From Comamonadaceae bacterium (GTDB lineage Bacteria; Pseudomonadota; Gammaproteobacteria; Burkholderiales; Burkholderiaceae_C), in NCBI GenBank assembly GCA_041311135.1, contig JBFYKC010000011.1, positions 1-60,494 of the forward strand: a stretch of 60,494 bases of DNA. Reading direction: 5' to 3'. The translations under genes were made by a program, and so were the position numbers. Positions 30,587 to 39,429 of this stretch are shown here, piece by piece; positions within the stretch are counted from its first letter, which is position 1, and every line of letters starts with the position of its first letter. Below the pieces are notes generated by a model. The model was not told the DNA's origin. It saw nothing but the letters and a program-made list of their open reading frames with translations, and ran no database searches.

Positions 30587-31576
30587 TCACGGGCTGGATG
30601 ACGTCCTCACAGCAGCAATGAAACGTTTGATACCCAAATATTGCTGCGACCAGAAACCTTCGCCGTAATCGCGCCCCTCTTCCACTTGGTCGCGAATACC
30701 CGTGGGTTCGAAATGCGCGTCGAAATTGGCGGTGCCAAACAACACATCCCACCACGGCAGCAGCACACCAAAGTTGTGCCCACCGAGCACCACGGCTGTG
30801 CGAGTGTCTGGCGGTTGCGACTCATGTCCCAGACCGATGGCATGGTGCACACGGTGAAACCGTGGACTGACCCACAAGCGCTCCCCCCACCGACCAAAGC
30901 TCACACGCAGGTTGGCATGTTGGAAGTTTTCAAACAATTGCGTCAGCGCCACCACCGCCACAAACTGTGACGGCGCAATGCCAATCAACTGCGCAATCAA
31001 CACCCAAATCACCGCCACGATGACATCGTCCAACACATGGTTGCGGTTATCTGTCCACTGCGTCATTTGGCGTTGCGAATGGTGCACCGCATGCAAGGCC
31101 CACCACCAGTGCCATTGGTGCTGCGCACGGTGCAGCCAGTAATTGACGAAATCGAACACGACCAAATAAATCAAGAAGCTGGTCCAAGGGCCATCGGTCA
31201 CACCGGGCCACAGGTTTTCCAAATGAAAGGTGCCCACCCCTTGCACGCGCAACTCACCCAACAGCGTGTCCATCACCGGCTCCACCGACAAGAACAAGAC
31301 CACACGGAACAAGCCCAAACGGTGGATCAAGGTGTAAATCACATCGGTGCGCACGGCGCGCGCATCTCGCATCGGTTCAACGGGGCGCCAGCGTTGCAAT
31401 GGGCCAATGACCGTCAACATCACGGCAATTTGAATCACCCCCACCAACAACCACCCTGTGGCATCAAACACGTCTTCCAAGCGGTTGCCCAAACCGAGGG
31501 CAAATGCCACCGGCTGCATCACGCCCTCATACAAGGCTGCTTGAGCGTTGGCAAACAGGTCTATCAGCGCGTCCAT
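30587..31576 (-). CDS. Sterol desaturase/fatty acid hydroxylase family protein
   Basis: His boxes HRAQH, HAVHH, QHAN, HRVHH, plus NFG..L.WWD.LFGT. Confidence 0.9.
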   Translation of the reverse strand: MDALIDLFANAQAALYEGVMQPVAFALGLGNRLEDVFDATGWLLVGVIQIAVMLTVIGPLQRWRPVEPMRDARAVRTDVIYTLIHRLGLFRVVLFLSVEPVMDTLLGELRVQGVGTFHLENLWPGVTDGPWTSFLIYLVVFDFVNYWLHRAQHQWHWWWALHAVHHSQRQMTQWTDNRNHVLDDVIVAVIWVLIAQLIGIAPSQFVAVVALTQLFENFQHANLRVSFGRWGERLWVSPRFHRVHHAIGLGHESQPPDTRTAVVLGGHNFGVLLPWWDVLFGTANFDAHFEPTGIRDQVEEGRDYGEGFWSQQYLGIKRFIAAVRTSSSP

Positions 31577-32370
31577 GTTTTAAATTGTGGGTGATCTTTC
31601 AACGTGGCAAAACAAAACCCTTTGGCTTTGAGGCCTTCCACCAAGGGCTCCAACACCGCAGGCGCCCAAGGGTCTTTGCGCGACCAAATACCCAAATGCG
31701 CCATCAAGATATCGCCTGAACGGATGTTGTTCAAGGCGCGTTGCAACAGCAGACTGTTGGGGTATTTGTCACTGGGTAATTCATCGCCTAAAAAACCAGC
31801 ATCGGCCCATGCCACATGCGCAAAGCCACACTGCTTGGCCGCATGCAACAGCGAGGGCGAGGTTTTGCCACCGGGAGCCCGAAACAAGGGCAACGGTTTG
31901 ACGCCCGTGAGTTGCTCCAAACGTGTGTTCGCACGTTGCAATTGGTCGCAATAGCGCTGGCTGGTCCAGACCTCGGTTTGACCTTTGCTCGGTCCTGCAC
32001 TCGGGCGCATCTGCCAACTGCCTCGCGGCAAATCAGAACGCCAGTACACATGGTCATAGCTGTGCGAGGCAAATGCATGCCCCTCGGCACCACGGGCTTT
32101 CCACCAGGGCGCCCAGTGGTCTCCCAAAGAGCCATCGCCCTCTTGGGTCGGCTCGTTAGCTGCAAAAAATGTGACTTTGATTTGCTGGCGGTTCAACACG
32201 TCGGCGATCAACGGGGCAACGCCCATGTGACCTGTGTCAAACGTCAAGTACACCGACTTGTTGCAAGGAGCCGCCGCATGCGCCACGCTACCCATCAACA
32301 CCGTCAGCCCGAACGTCCATGACATCACGCGCCTGCGCTCGGACGACAACGTGCGCGTAGGCAGCTTCAT
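31564..32370 (-). CDS. Exported polysaccharide deacetylase (NodB/CE4)
   Basis: YLTFDTG, HSYDH, LFRAPGG, DILMAH; N-terminal signal with ERRR. Confidence 0.85.
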   Translation of the reverse strand: MKLPTRTLSSERRRVMSWTFGLTVLMGSVAHAAAPCNKSVYLTFDTGHMGVAPLIADVLNRQQIKVTFFAANEPTQEGDGSLGDHWAPWWKARGAEGHAFASHSYDHVYWRSDLPRGSWQMRPSAGPSKGQTEVWTSQRYCDQLQRANTRLEQLTGVKPLPLFRAPGGKTSPSLLHAAKQCGFAHVAWADAGFLGDELPSDKYPNSLLLQRALNNIRSGDILMAHLGIWSRKDPWAPAVLEPLVEGLKAKGFCFATLKDHPQFKTWTR

Positions 32371-32372
32371 GG

Positions 32373-33371
32373 TCAATACCGCTTGGCGTGGTCGAGGGTC
32401 CAAATGCCATGCGGCGATTTGCCCACTTTCACTTGGCGCACCAACTGGCCAGTGGCAATGTCAATCACGCTGACTTTTTTGATCCAACGCGAAGACACCA
32501 ACAGCAACTTGCCATCGGCCGTGACCTCCATGCAATCCGGGCCGCCTGGCGCTTTGAATTGCGCCACCGATTCGAGTTTGGTGTAGTCAATCTTGTTCAC
32601 AGTGTTGGCGACACGGTTGCCCACAAACACATGGCGGCCATCGCCCAAGGCTCGGAAGGCATGTGCGCCCTCGCCAGTTGGGATGTTCTTCACCAGCTTA
32701 GCTTGTGGCCCTGTGACGTCGTACACCTCGACATGGTCGCCCCCAGTCAGACCGACCAAGAGGTGCTTGTCATCGGGTGTACCAAACACGTCTGCGGGCA
32801 TCGCGCCTGTTTTCACGCGCCACTTCAAAGTTTGGGTGGCCAAGTCCACCGCCACCAGCTCATCGCTGTCTTGCATGGTGGCGTAGGCCGTGGTGCTCTT
32901 GGTATCAATCCAAATATGGCTGGGGGTTTTGCTGGAGGGAATGCGCTTGGCCAGCGTCAACTCTTTGCCGTCCCAACGGTAAATGTCGATGTGGTTCAAA
33001 CGATTGGCCACCGTCACAAACCACTTCATGTCGGGCGAAAAACGCAACTGGTAGGGATCAAGCGTGCCACGCACCACGCGTTGCACCTCCGCGGTACGGG
33101 GGTCAATAAAGGTCAGCGAATCACTCCCCGCATTGGCCACGATGACCGATTTCTCGTCAGGCGTGAGGTAAATGTGGTGCGGCTCTTTGCCAGTGGCAAT
33201 GCGGCGTTTTTCTTGCCACGTGTCCGAGTCGATCACGCTGACATTGGCGTCCAGCGAATTCAGCACAAAAATGGGATTGCCAGCGTGGCTGGCTGGCGCT
33301 GCAAATAGCAGCACGCCAGCGAGCGCCAGCGTCAAACGTTGAATCAAAAACACGAGGAGGCTTACCTTCAA
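32373..33371 (-). CDS. Exported YncE/YVTN beta-propeller protein
   Basis: Signal peptide; repeats such as I.TGKEPH, V.TG..P and VKVGKSPHGI; start uncertain. Confidence 0.88.
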   Translation of the reverse strand: MKVSLLVFLIQRLTLALAGVLLFAAPASHAGNPIFVLNSLDANVSVIDSDTWQEKRRIATGKEPHHIYLTPDEKSVIVANAGSDSLTFIDPRTAEVQRVVRGTLDPYQLRFSPDMKWFVTVANRLNHIDIYRWDGKELTLAKRIPSSKTPSHIWIDTKSTTAYATMQDSDELVAVDLATQTLKWRVKTGAMPADVFGTPDDKHLLVGLTGGDHVEVYDVTGPQAKLVKNIPTGEGAHAFRALGDGRHVFVGNRVANTVNKIDYTKLESVAQFKAPGGPDCMEVTADGKLLLVSSRWIKKVSVIDIATGQLVRQVKVGKSPHGIWTLDHAKRY

Positions 33372-33442
33372 AAATCAGCCCCCAGTGTAACGATCAAGCT
33401 CTCCTGATCGGGACAACATCCCTACCAAAAGCCCGAATTACC

Positions 33443-33456
33443 TTGATCAAACGCAA
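33443..33456. promoter_or_regulatory. Possible FNR/ANR-type box upstream of the YncE operon
   Basis: TTGATcaaaCGCAA compared with consensus TTGAT-N4-ATCAA (8/10). Confidence 0.35.
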
Positions 33457-33478
33457 CAAAAGAAGGGATGGGGGCGCC

Positions 33479-34219
33479 TCACTTGCTGGCGAGCAACGCC
33501 AACTCGGCTTCGCTGAGCCAACGCCACTGCCCCGGGGCCAATTCGGCGGGTAAGGGCATCGCGCCTATTTGCGAACGGTGCAGGCCCACCACCTTGTTGC
33601 CCACGGCAGCCAGCATGCGTTTGACTTGGTGGTACTTGCCTTCGGTCAAGGTCAATCGCAAATGGTGAGTGGACACGGCCTCACACGCGGCGGCCTTCAC
33701 CGGCTTGGGGGAGTCGTCTAACACCACACCGTCCAAGAGGCGTTGCACTTGCTTGCCGTCGAGCGGGTCATCGGTGGTCACTTCGTACACCTTGGGCACA
33801 TGGTGACGCGGCGAGCTCATGCGGTGAATCAGCGGGCCATCGTCGGTCAGCACCAACATGCCGGTGGTGTCTTGGTCCAAACGTCCCACCGCTTGCACGC
33901 CTTGCACCGCACTTTTTTGCGGACGCTGGCGCAGCGCAGGGGGCAACAAGGTGTACAAACTGGGCCACGCAGAGGGCTTGTGCGAACACTCGTAGCCCGC
34001 AGGTTTGTGCAACAACACATAAGCTTTGGCGTGATAAGGCCACACCACGCCTTGCACCGAATACGACCAACCTTCGTGCACGTCCACGTCGTGCAACGCG
34101 TCGTCGCAGGTGACCAAGCCGTCCCCGAAATCGACCTGCACATGGCCTTGCTGAATCAAACCCGCGCAGATGCGGCGGGTGCCAAAACCCTGAGAATACA
34201 AAATATCTTGCAATTGCAT
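33479..34219 (-). CDS. rsuA: 16S rRNA pseudouridine synthase RsuA family
   Basis: S4-like N-terminus, HKPAGY, VGRLDQDTTG, EGKYHQVKRM. Confidence 0.9.
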   Translation of the reverse strand: MQLQDILYSQGFGTRRICAGLIQQGHVQVDFGDGLVTCDDALHDVDVHEGWSYSVQGVVWPYHAKAYVLLHKPAGYECSHKPSAWPSLYTLLPPALRQRPQKSAVQGVQAVGRLDQDTTGMLVLTDDGPLIHRMSSPRHHVPKVYEVTTDDPLDGKQVQRLLDGVVLDDSPKPVKAAACEAVSTHHLRLTLTEGKYHQVKRMLAAVGNKVVGLHRSQIGAMPLPAELAPGQWRWLSEAELALLASK

Positions 34220-34247
34220 CACCCAATCGTAAACGCTCAGGACCCCC

Positions 34248-35114
34248 ATGAAACCCACGTCTCACTACCTGCCCTGCCACGGATTCAACATCCACTACAC
34301 CGCTTGGGGCGATGCATCGCTGCCGGTGGTGATTGCGTGGCACGGCCTGGCTCGCACGGGGCGCGACTTTGACGCCTTGGCCGAACAACTCGCCCCGCAT
34401 TACCGCGTGATTTGCCCCGACACCATTGGCCGAGGTCTGAGCCAATGGAGTAAAGCCCCTCACAACGACTACAGCTTCGCCAGCTACGCCCGCATCACGC
34501 TGGATTTGATGAACGCGTTGCAAATTGAACGTGCGCATTGGATTGGCACCTCGATGGGCGGGGCACTAGGAACCGTGTGTGCGGCGGGTTTGGAAGTGCC
34601 CGCACTTCAAGGGCGAATTCGCAGCCTGATCTTGAACGACATAGCACCCGAAATTTCCACGGCAGCCGTGGAGCGCATCAAAGCCTATGCCGGTCAGCCC
34701 CCCGCGTTTGACACCGTGCCCGAGCTAGAAGCCTTCTTTCGCCAGGCCTATGCCCCCTTCGGTTTCCAGACCGATGCACAGTGGACGCATTTGGCCGAAA
34801 CCTCCACACGCCGTTTGCCCGATGGTCGTGTCACCCCGCATTACGACCCCGCCATCACGCAGCAATTTTTCCGCGAAGTGCCCGAGTACCCCATGTGGAC
34901 CGAGTACGACACACTGACCATTCCCGTGATGGTGCTGCGCGGTGCAGATTCAGATTTGATTTCGCCGGACACCCTGCGCACCATGCACATGCGTGGCCCC
35001 GGCAAACTTGGGTTACTACGCACCGAAGAAATTGCGGGTTGCGGCCATGCCCCCGCGCTCAACGTGCCCGCGCAGTGGGACTTGGTGATGGCGTTTTTAA
35101 AAGCTGCGGGCTAG
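34248..35114 (+). CDS. Alpha/beta fold hydrolase
   Basis: WHGLARTGRDF, PDTIGRGLS, GTSMGG, GHAPAL. Confidence 0.9.
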   Translation: MKPTSHYLPCHGFNIHYTAWGDASLPVVIAWHGLARTGRDFDALAEQLAPHYRVICPDTIGRGLSQWSKAPHNDYSFASYARITLDLMNALQIERAHWIGTSMGGALGTVCAAGLEVPALQGRIRSLILNDIAPEISTAAVERIKAYAGQPPAFDTVPELEAFFRQAYAPFGFQTDAQWTHLAETSTRRLPDGRVTPHYDPAITQQFFREVPEYPMWTEYDTLTIPVMVLRGADSDLISPDTLRTMHMRGPGKLGLLRTEEIAGCGHAPALNVPAQWDLVMAFLKAAG

Positions 35115-35147
35115 CCCCCAACAGCGAAGCACCCAGAAGCTCGCCGG

Positions 35148-35777
35148 CTACTCGGACGCCACCCACAGCGGGTGCTTGTGCATCACCGCCACAAAAGCTT
35201 CTGAGTTTTCAAATGCCGTCAGCCATGCCTGCAACTGTGGCCAAGGCTGTGCATCAAACCATGCGCGGTCGGTGCGCGCGAATTGGCGTACAAACGGCGC
35301 AAGGCAGGCATCGACCAAGCCCCACCGATCGCCGGCCAAAAACGTCTGCTGTTGCAGCACCTGCTGCCAACGCATCAGCACAGCGGCACCTTGTTCGCGA
35401 TGCGTCATGCCATCTTGCAAGCCAAAGCGCTGCGGGTATTTGTAGCGGTCCAGATGGGCTTTGAATTCGCCATCGTTCAATGCAATCGCCGCATCGGTCC
35501 ACGCCTGCGCTTCTGGGGTGTTGGGCAACCAAGCGTCAGGATCGCGGCGTTGCAGTGCCCATCGCATGATGTCTAGGCTTTGTTCCAACACCTCGCCTGA
35601 CGGCAAACACAACACAGGCACTGTGCCCTTGGGTGAGGCCGCCAACATGGCTGCAGGCTTGGCTTTGAGCGCGACTTCGCGGTGTTCGTAGGTCACCCCA
35701 CTGACGCGCAGGGCCAAGCGCGCACGCATGGCGTATGGACAACGCCGAAACGAATACAACACAGCTTGATCAGTCAT
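35148..35777 (-). CDS. Glutathione S-transferase family protein
   Basis: LYSFRRCPYAMRAR, SPKGTVPVL, FKAHLDRYKYP. Confidence 0.9.
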   Translation of the reverse strand: MTDQAVLYSFRRCPYAMRARLALRVSGVTYEHREVALKAKPAAMLAASPKGTVPVLCLPSGEVLEQSLDIMRWALQRRDPDAWLPNTPEAQAWTDAAIALNDGEFKAHLDRYKYPQRFGLQDGMTHREQGAAVLMRWQQVLQQQTFLAGDRWGLVDACLAPFVRQFARTDRAWFDAQPWPQLQAWLTAFENSEAFVAVMHKHPLWVASE

Positions 35778-36237
35778 GCGACAAGGGCACAAAGCTCGCG
35801 CGTGCCTCGGTGTGCAAGCCATCGGTCATGACTTGCAAGAGTTGAATAAATGCTTGCCGTTCACGCGCAGCCAACGGCGCCATCAGCCGCGCATAGGCCT
35901 CTTGCACCGGTTTCTCTGCTTGTTTGAGCAGGCGCTTGCCCGCCGTCGTCAAACGCACCACCATTTGGCGGCGGTTGGTTTGCGACATTGCGCGCGTGAC
36001 CAACCCACGCTCCTCCAATCCGAGCAGCACACGCAGCGCCGTCACTTTGTCAAAGGCCAAGGCGCGCGCCAGCCGACTTTGGTCAATCCCGGGCTCGCTG
36101 GCCAACACGGTCAGCGCGCCGTATTGCGCTTGCGTGAGGTCTAGGTTGGCACATGCGCTCTCAAAGATCGAGGCCGATATTTGGTGGGCGCGCCGCAGCA
36201 AAAAGCCCGGTCGTTGGTACATGTCACTTAGGTGCAT
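35770..36237 (-). CDS. MarR family transcriptional regulator
   Basis: PGFLLRRAHQ, LTQAQY, LEERGLV.R...NRR...V.LT..G. Confidence 0.93.
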   Translation of the reverse strand: MHLSDMYQRPGFLLRRAHQISASIFESACANLDLTQAQYGALTVLASEPGIDQSRLARALAFDKVTALRVLLGLEERGLVTRAMSQTNRRQMVVRLTTAGKRLLKQAEKPVQEAYARLMAPLAARERQAFIQLLQVMTDGLHTEARASFVPLSHD

Positions 36238-36285
36238 CGCTTGGGGTTTGTATGGATACGCAAAGGTGAAGTGAAATCAATAATC

Positions 36286-36299
36286 GTTTGCATGCTAAC
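36286..36299. promoter_or_regulatory. Candidate MarR operator
   Basis: GTTTGCATGCTAAC, 12/14 palindrome in the divergent intergenic region. Confidence 0.55.
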
Positions 36300-36331
36300 A
36301 AATTAGCCGGCAGAAACAGCAAGGGCAAACG

Positions 36332-37549
36332 ATGAAAGTAGCGATCTTAGGAGGCGGCATTGCAGGCCTCGGTTTTGCACTCGGCTTGCATGCGCGTGGC
36401 ATTGCTTGCGATGTGTACGAAAGCGTGCCCGAGGTCAAAGAAATGGGCGTGGGCATCACCCTGCTGCCACACGCCACCAAAGAACTGGCCGCCTTGGGCG
36501 TGTTGCCCCAACTCGAAGCGGTGGCCATTGAAAACTTAGAGAGCGTGTTCTACAACCGCTACGGCCAATACATCTACAAAGAATTGCGCGGACGCCATGA
36601 TGGCTACGCCACGCCCGAACTCGGTATTCACCGTGGCAAATTGCATCGCATCTTGTTTGAAGAAGTGGTGCGACGTTTGGGCACTCAGCACGTACACACG
36701 GGCCACCGCTGCCTCCGTGTCGATCAAACGGACCAACATGCCACCGCCATCTTCGAGCTACCCAATGGTGACACCCGGCAAATTCAAGCCGATGTGGCCG
36801 TGGCTTGTGACGGGGTCAACTCCACCGTGCGCAAGCAGTTTTTCCCCAACGACCAGGTGTGCTTCGCGGGCATCAACACGTGGCGCGGCGTGACCGTGCA
36901 CAAACCCATCTTGACGGGCAAGAGCTACATGCGCGTGGGCTCGATCGACACCGGCAAGATGGTGATCTACCCCATCATTGACAACTACGACGGGCAAGGC
37001 AACCAGCTCATCAACTGGATGGCCGAAATTCAGCGGCCAGACACCCCCATGAACGACTGGAACAAAGCCGGTGACCCACACGATTGCATTGAGATCTTCA
37101 AAGACTGGAAGTTCCCCTGGCTCGATGTGCCGCAACTTATTCTGTCCGCCGAGCGTGTGTTCGAGTACCCCATGGTCGACAAAGACGCGCTACCGCAATG
37201 GAGCTTTGGCCGCATCACGCTGATGGGCGACGCGGCCCACCCCATGTACCCCCGCGGCTCCAACGGTGCGGCCCAAGGCTTGATTGATGCACGCACCTTA
37301 GCGGACTTGCTTCACACACAACCGAATGTGGTGACCGCACTCCAACACTACCAAGACCTGCGCTTGCCCACCACCGCCAAGATTGTGCAAACCAACCGCA
37401 GCGTGCCACCAGACGCCATCATCATGAAAGCCGATGCATTGAGCCATGGCCAGCCCTTCAACCACATTGACGATTTGATCAGCCAAGCCGAGCTGCGCCA
37501 GATTTCAGACAACTACAAACAAGTGGCCGGTTTTGCGGCCAAGTCATAA
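36332..37549 (+). CDS. Group A flavin monooxygenase, PhzS/salicylate hydroxylase-like
   Basis: GGGIAG, IHRGKL, CDG, WRGVT, YPMVD, GDAAHPMYPRGSNGAAQ; resembles PhzS as recalled. Confidence 0.85.
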   Translation: MKVAILGGGIAGLGFALGLHARGIACDVYESVPEVKEMGVGITLLPHATKELAALGVLPQLEAVAIENLESVFYNRYGQYIYKELRGRHDGYATPELGIHRGKLHRILFEEVVRRLGTQHVHTGHRCLRVDQTDQHATAIFELPNGDTRQIQADVAVACDGVNSTVRKQFFPNDQVCFAGINTWRGVTVHKPILTGKSYMRVGSIDTGKMVIYPIIDNYDGQGNQLINWMAEIQRPDTPMNDWNKAGDPHDCIEIFKDWKFPWLDVPQLILSAERVFEYPMVDKDALPQWSFGRITLMGDAAHPMYPRGSNGAAQGLIDARTLADLLHTQPNVVTALQHYQDLRLPTTAKIVQTNRSVPPDAIIMKADALSHGQPFNHIDDLISQAELRQISDNYKQVAGFAAKS

Positions 37550-37569
37550 ATTTTTCAGGAGACCAGCCC

Positions 37570-38355
37570 ATGGACCGTCGTCACTTTTTTCAAAATTCTG
37601 CCCTTGTCACCAGCGGTGTCCTCGCCGGTTGTGCCACACCGAGTTTGGCCACCGGACAGCCCAAGACACCTTTCTCCGTGCCCGCCACCTACCTGCCCAT
37701 CGTCGGCTCCGATGAAATGTTTCCTGTACGTCGCATCTACTGCATCGGTCGTAACTATGCGGCCCACGCACGCGAGATGGGTTCAGACCCCACGCGCGAA
37801 CCGCCCTTCTTTTTTCAAAAACCCACCGATGCCATTCAATACGTGCCCACCGGCACGGTGGCCGACCACCCCTACCCCACGCTGACAAAAAACTACCACT
37901 ACGAAGCGGAGTTGGTTGCTGTGTTGGGCAAAGGCGGACGCAACATCTCCGTCGACAAAGCACTCGACTTGGTCTTCGGCTACACCTTGGGCTTGGACAT
38001 GACACGTCGCGATTTACAACGCGGCATGGGTGACCAAAAGAAGCCTTGGGAAATTGGCAAAAGCTTTGACAAATCTGCCCCGATTGGCGCCGTGCACAAA
38101 GTGGCGCAAACCGGTCACTTTGCCAAAGGCGACATCTGGCTCAAGGTCAACGGTCAAGTGAAACAAAAAGCAGATTTAAACCAAATGATTTGGTCGGTGG
38201 CGGAGCAAATTTCCAAACTCTCCGAAGCATTCGAACTGTTTCCTGGCGACATCATCTACGCAGGCACACCCGAAAACGTGGGCCCCGTGGTGCGTGGCGA
38301 TATGATTGAAATGCACATCGATGGTTTGCCCAACCTCAGCGTCAAGATTGTTTAA
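37570..38355 (+). CDS. Fumarylacetoacetate hydrolase family protein with Tat/lipoprotein signal
   Basis: MDRRHFF...VLAGC, then RRIYCIGRNYAAHAREMG, HYEAEL, DMTRRDLQ, GTP. Confidence 0.9.
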   Translation: MDRRHFFQNSALVTSGVLAGCATPSLATGQPKTPFSVPATYLPIVGSDEMFPVRRIYCIGRNYAAHAREMGSDPTREPPFFFQKPTDAIQYVPTGTVADHPYPTLTKNYHYEAELVAVLGKGGRNISVDKALDLVFGYTLGLDMTRRDLQRGMGDQKKPWEIGKSFDKSAPIGAVHKVAQTGHFAKGDIWLKVNGQVKQKADLNQMIWSVAEQISKLSEAFELFPGDIIYAGTPENVGPVVRGDMIEMHIDGLPNLSVKIV

Positions 38356-38358
38356 ACC

Positions 38359-39429
38359 ATGACACAACCCCACACCCAACGTCCGGGCAAAGTACCTTAT
38401 TTGCGCATCGCGACGGAGGAGGCGTTTTGCCCTTCGGAGATGCTTGATATTTACCGCAACATCCTGGCGCAACCGCAGGTCGACCCAGGTTTCAAAAGCC
38501 TGATGGGCTTTTACATGAGCAGCCCTAGCGAGCGCGCCCAACACATCATGCGGTGCTTGACCGACCTCGACCAAATTCGCATCGGTCACATGGACGATGC
38601 CGGCGTGGACATGCAAGTGATTGCCCTCACCTCACCCGGCGTGCAATCCATGGACACAGCCACGGCGGTGTCGTTTGCCAAATTTGCCAACGACGAATTG
38701 GCCGAAGGGGTGCGCCGCCATCCCACACGCTTCGCGGGCATGATCGCCATTGCACCGCAAGACCCCGCTGCTGCCGCACAAGAAATTGAACGCGGCGTGA
38801 ACCACCTAGGTATGCACGCGGTCATCGTCAACTCGCACACGCACGGCGAATATTTGTCAGACCCCAAGTTTTGGGAAATTTTTGAAGCTGCACAAGCGCA
38901 CGACACGCCGATTTATTTGCATCCCAACACACCGCCCGCCAACATGATCCAACCGTTTTTAGAAGCGGGCTTGGATGGCGCGATTTACGGCTTCGGCGTG
39001 GAAACAGGTTTGCATGCCCTCAAGCTCATCACCGCCGGTGTGTTTGACCACTTCCCCAAACTGCAAGTGATCTTGGGCCACATGGGCGAAGCACTGCCGT
39101 TCTGGGCCTACCGCTTGGACTACATGCACGCCGCCACCGTGCGCTCCAACCGCTATGACAGCGTGAAGCCGTTGAGGCGCAAGCCCAGTGACTATTTGCG
39201 TGACAACTTTCACATCACCTGCAGCGGCATGGCGTGGCACAAAGCGATTGCGTTCACCCAAGACGTGGTGGGTGAAGACCGTGTGTTGTATGCCATGGAC
39301 TATCCCTATCAGTACGCGATTGACGAAGTGCACGCGCTCGACGGCATGGACATGAACCCCAGCACCAAGAAAAAGTTTTACCAAACCAACGCGGAAGCGT
39401 TGTTCAAAATTCCAACGAGGTCTGTATGA
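38359..39429 (+). CDS. ligW: Amidohydrolase-2 decarboxylase, 5-carboxyvanillate decarboxylase (LigW/LigW2)-like
   Basis: YLRIATEEAF, LTSPGVQ, YLHP, GFGVETG, GHMGEALPFW..RLDYMH, YAMDYPYQ closely match LigW2 as recalled. Confidence 0.8.
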   Translation: MTQPHTQRPGKVPYLRIATEEAFCPSEMLDIYRNILAQPQVDPGFKSLMGFYMSSPSERAQHIMRCLTDLDQIRIGHMDDAGVDMQVIALTSPGVQSMDTATAVSFAKFANDELAEGVRRHPTRFAGMIAIAPQDPAAAAQEIERGVNHLGMHAVIVNSHTHGEYLSDPKFWEIFEAAQAHDTPIYLHPNTPPANMIQPFLEAGLDGAIYGFGVETGLHALKLITAGVFDHFPKLQVILGHMGEALPFWAYRLDYMHAATVRSNRYDSVKPLRRKPSDYLRDNFHITCSGMAWHKAIAFTQDVVGEDRVLYAMDYPYQYAIDEVHALDGMDMNPSTKKKFYQTNAEALFKIPTRSV

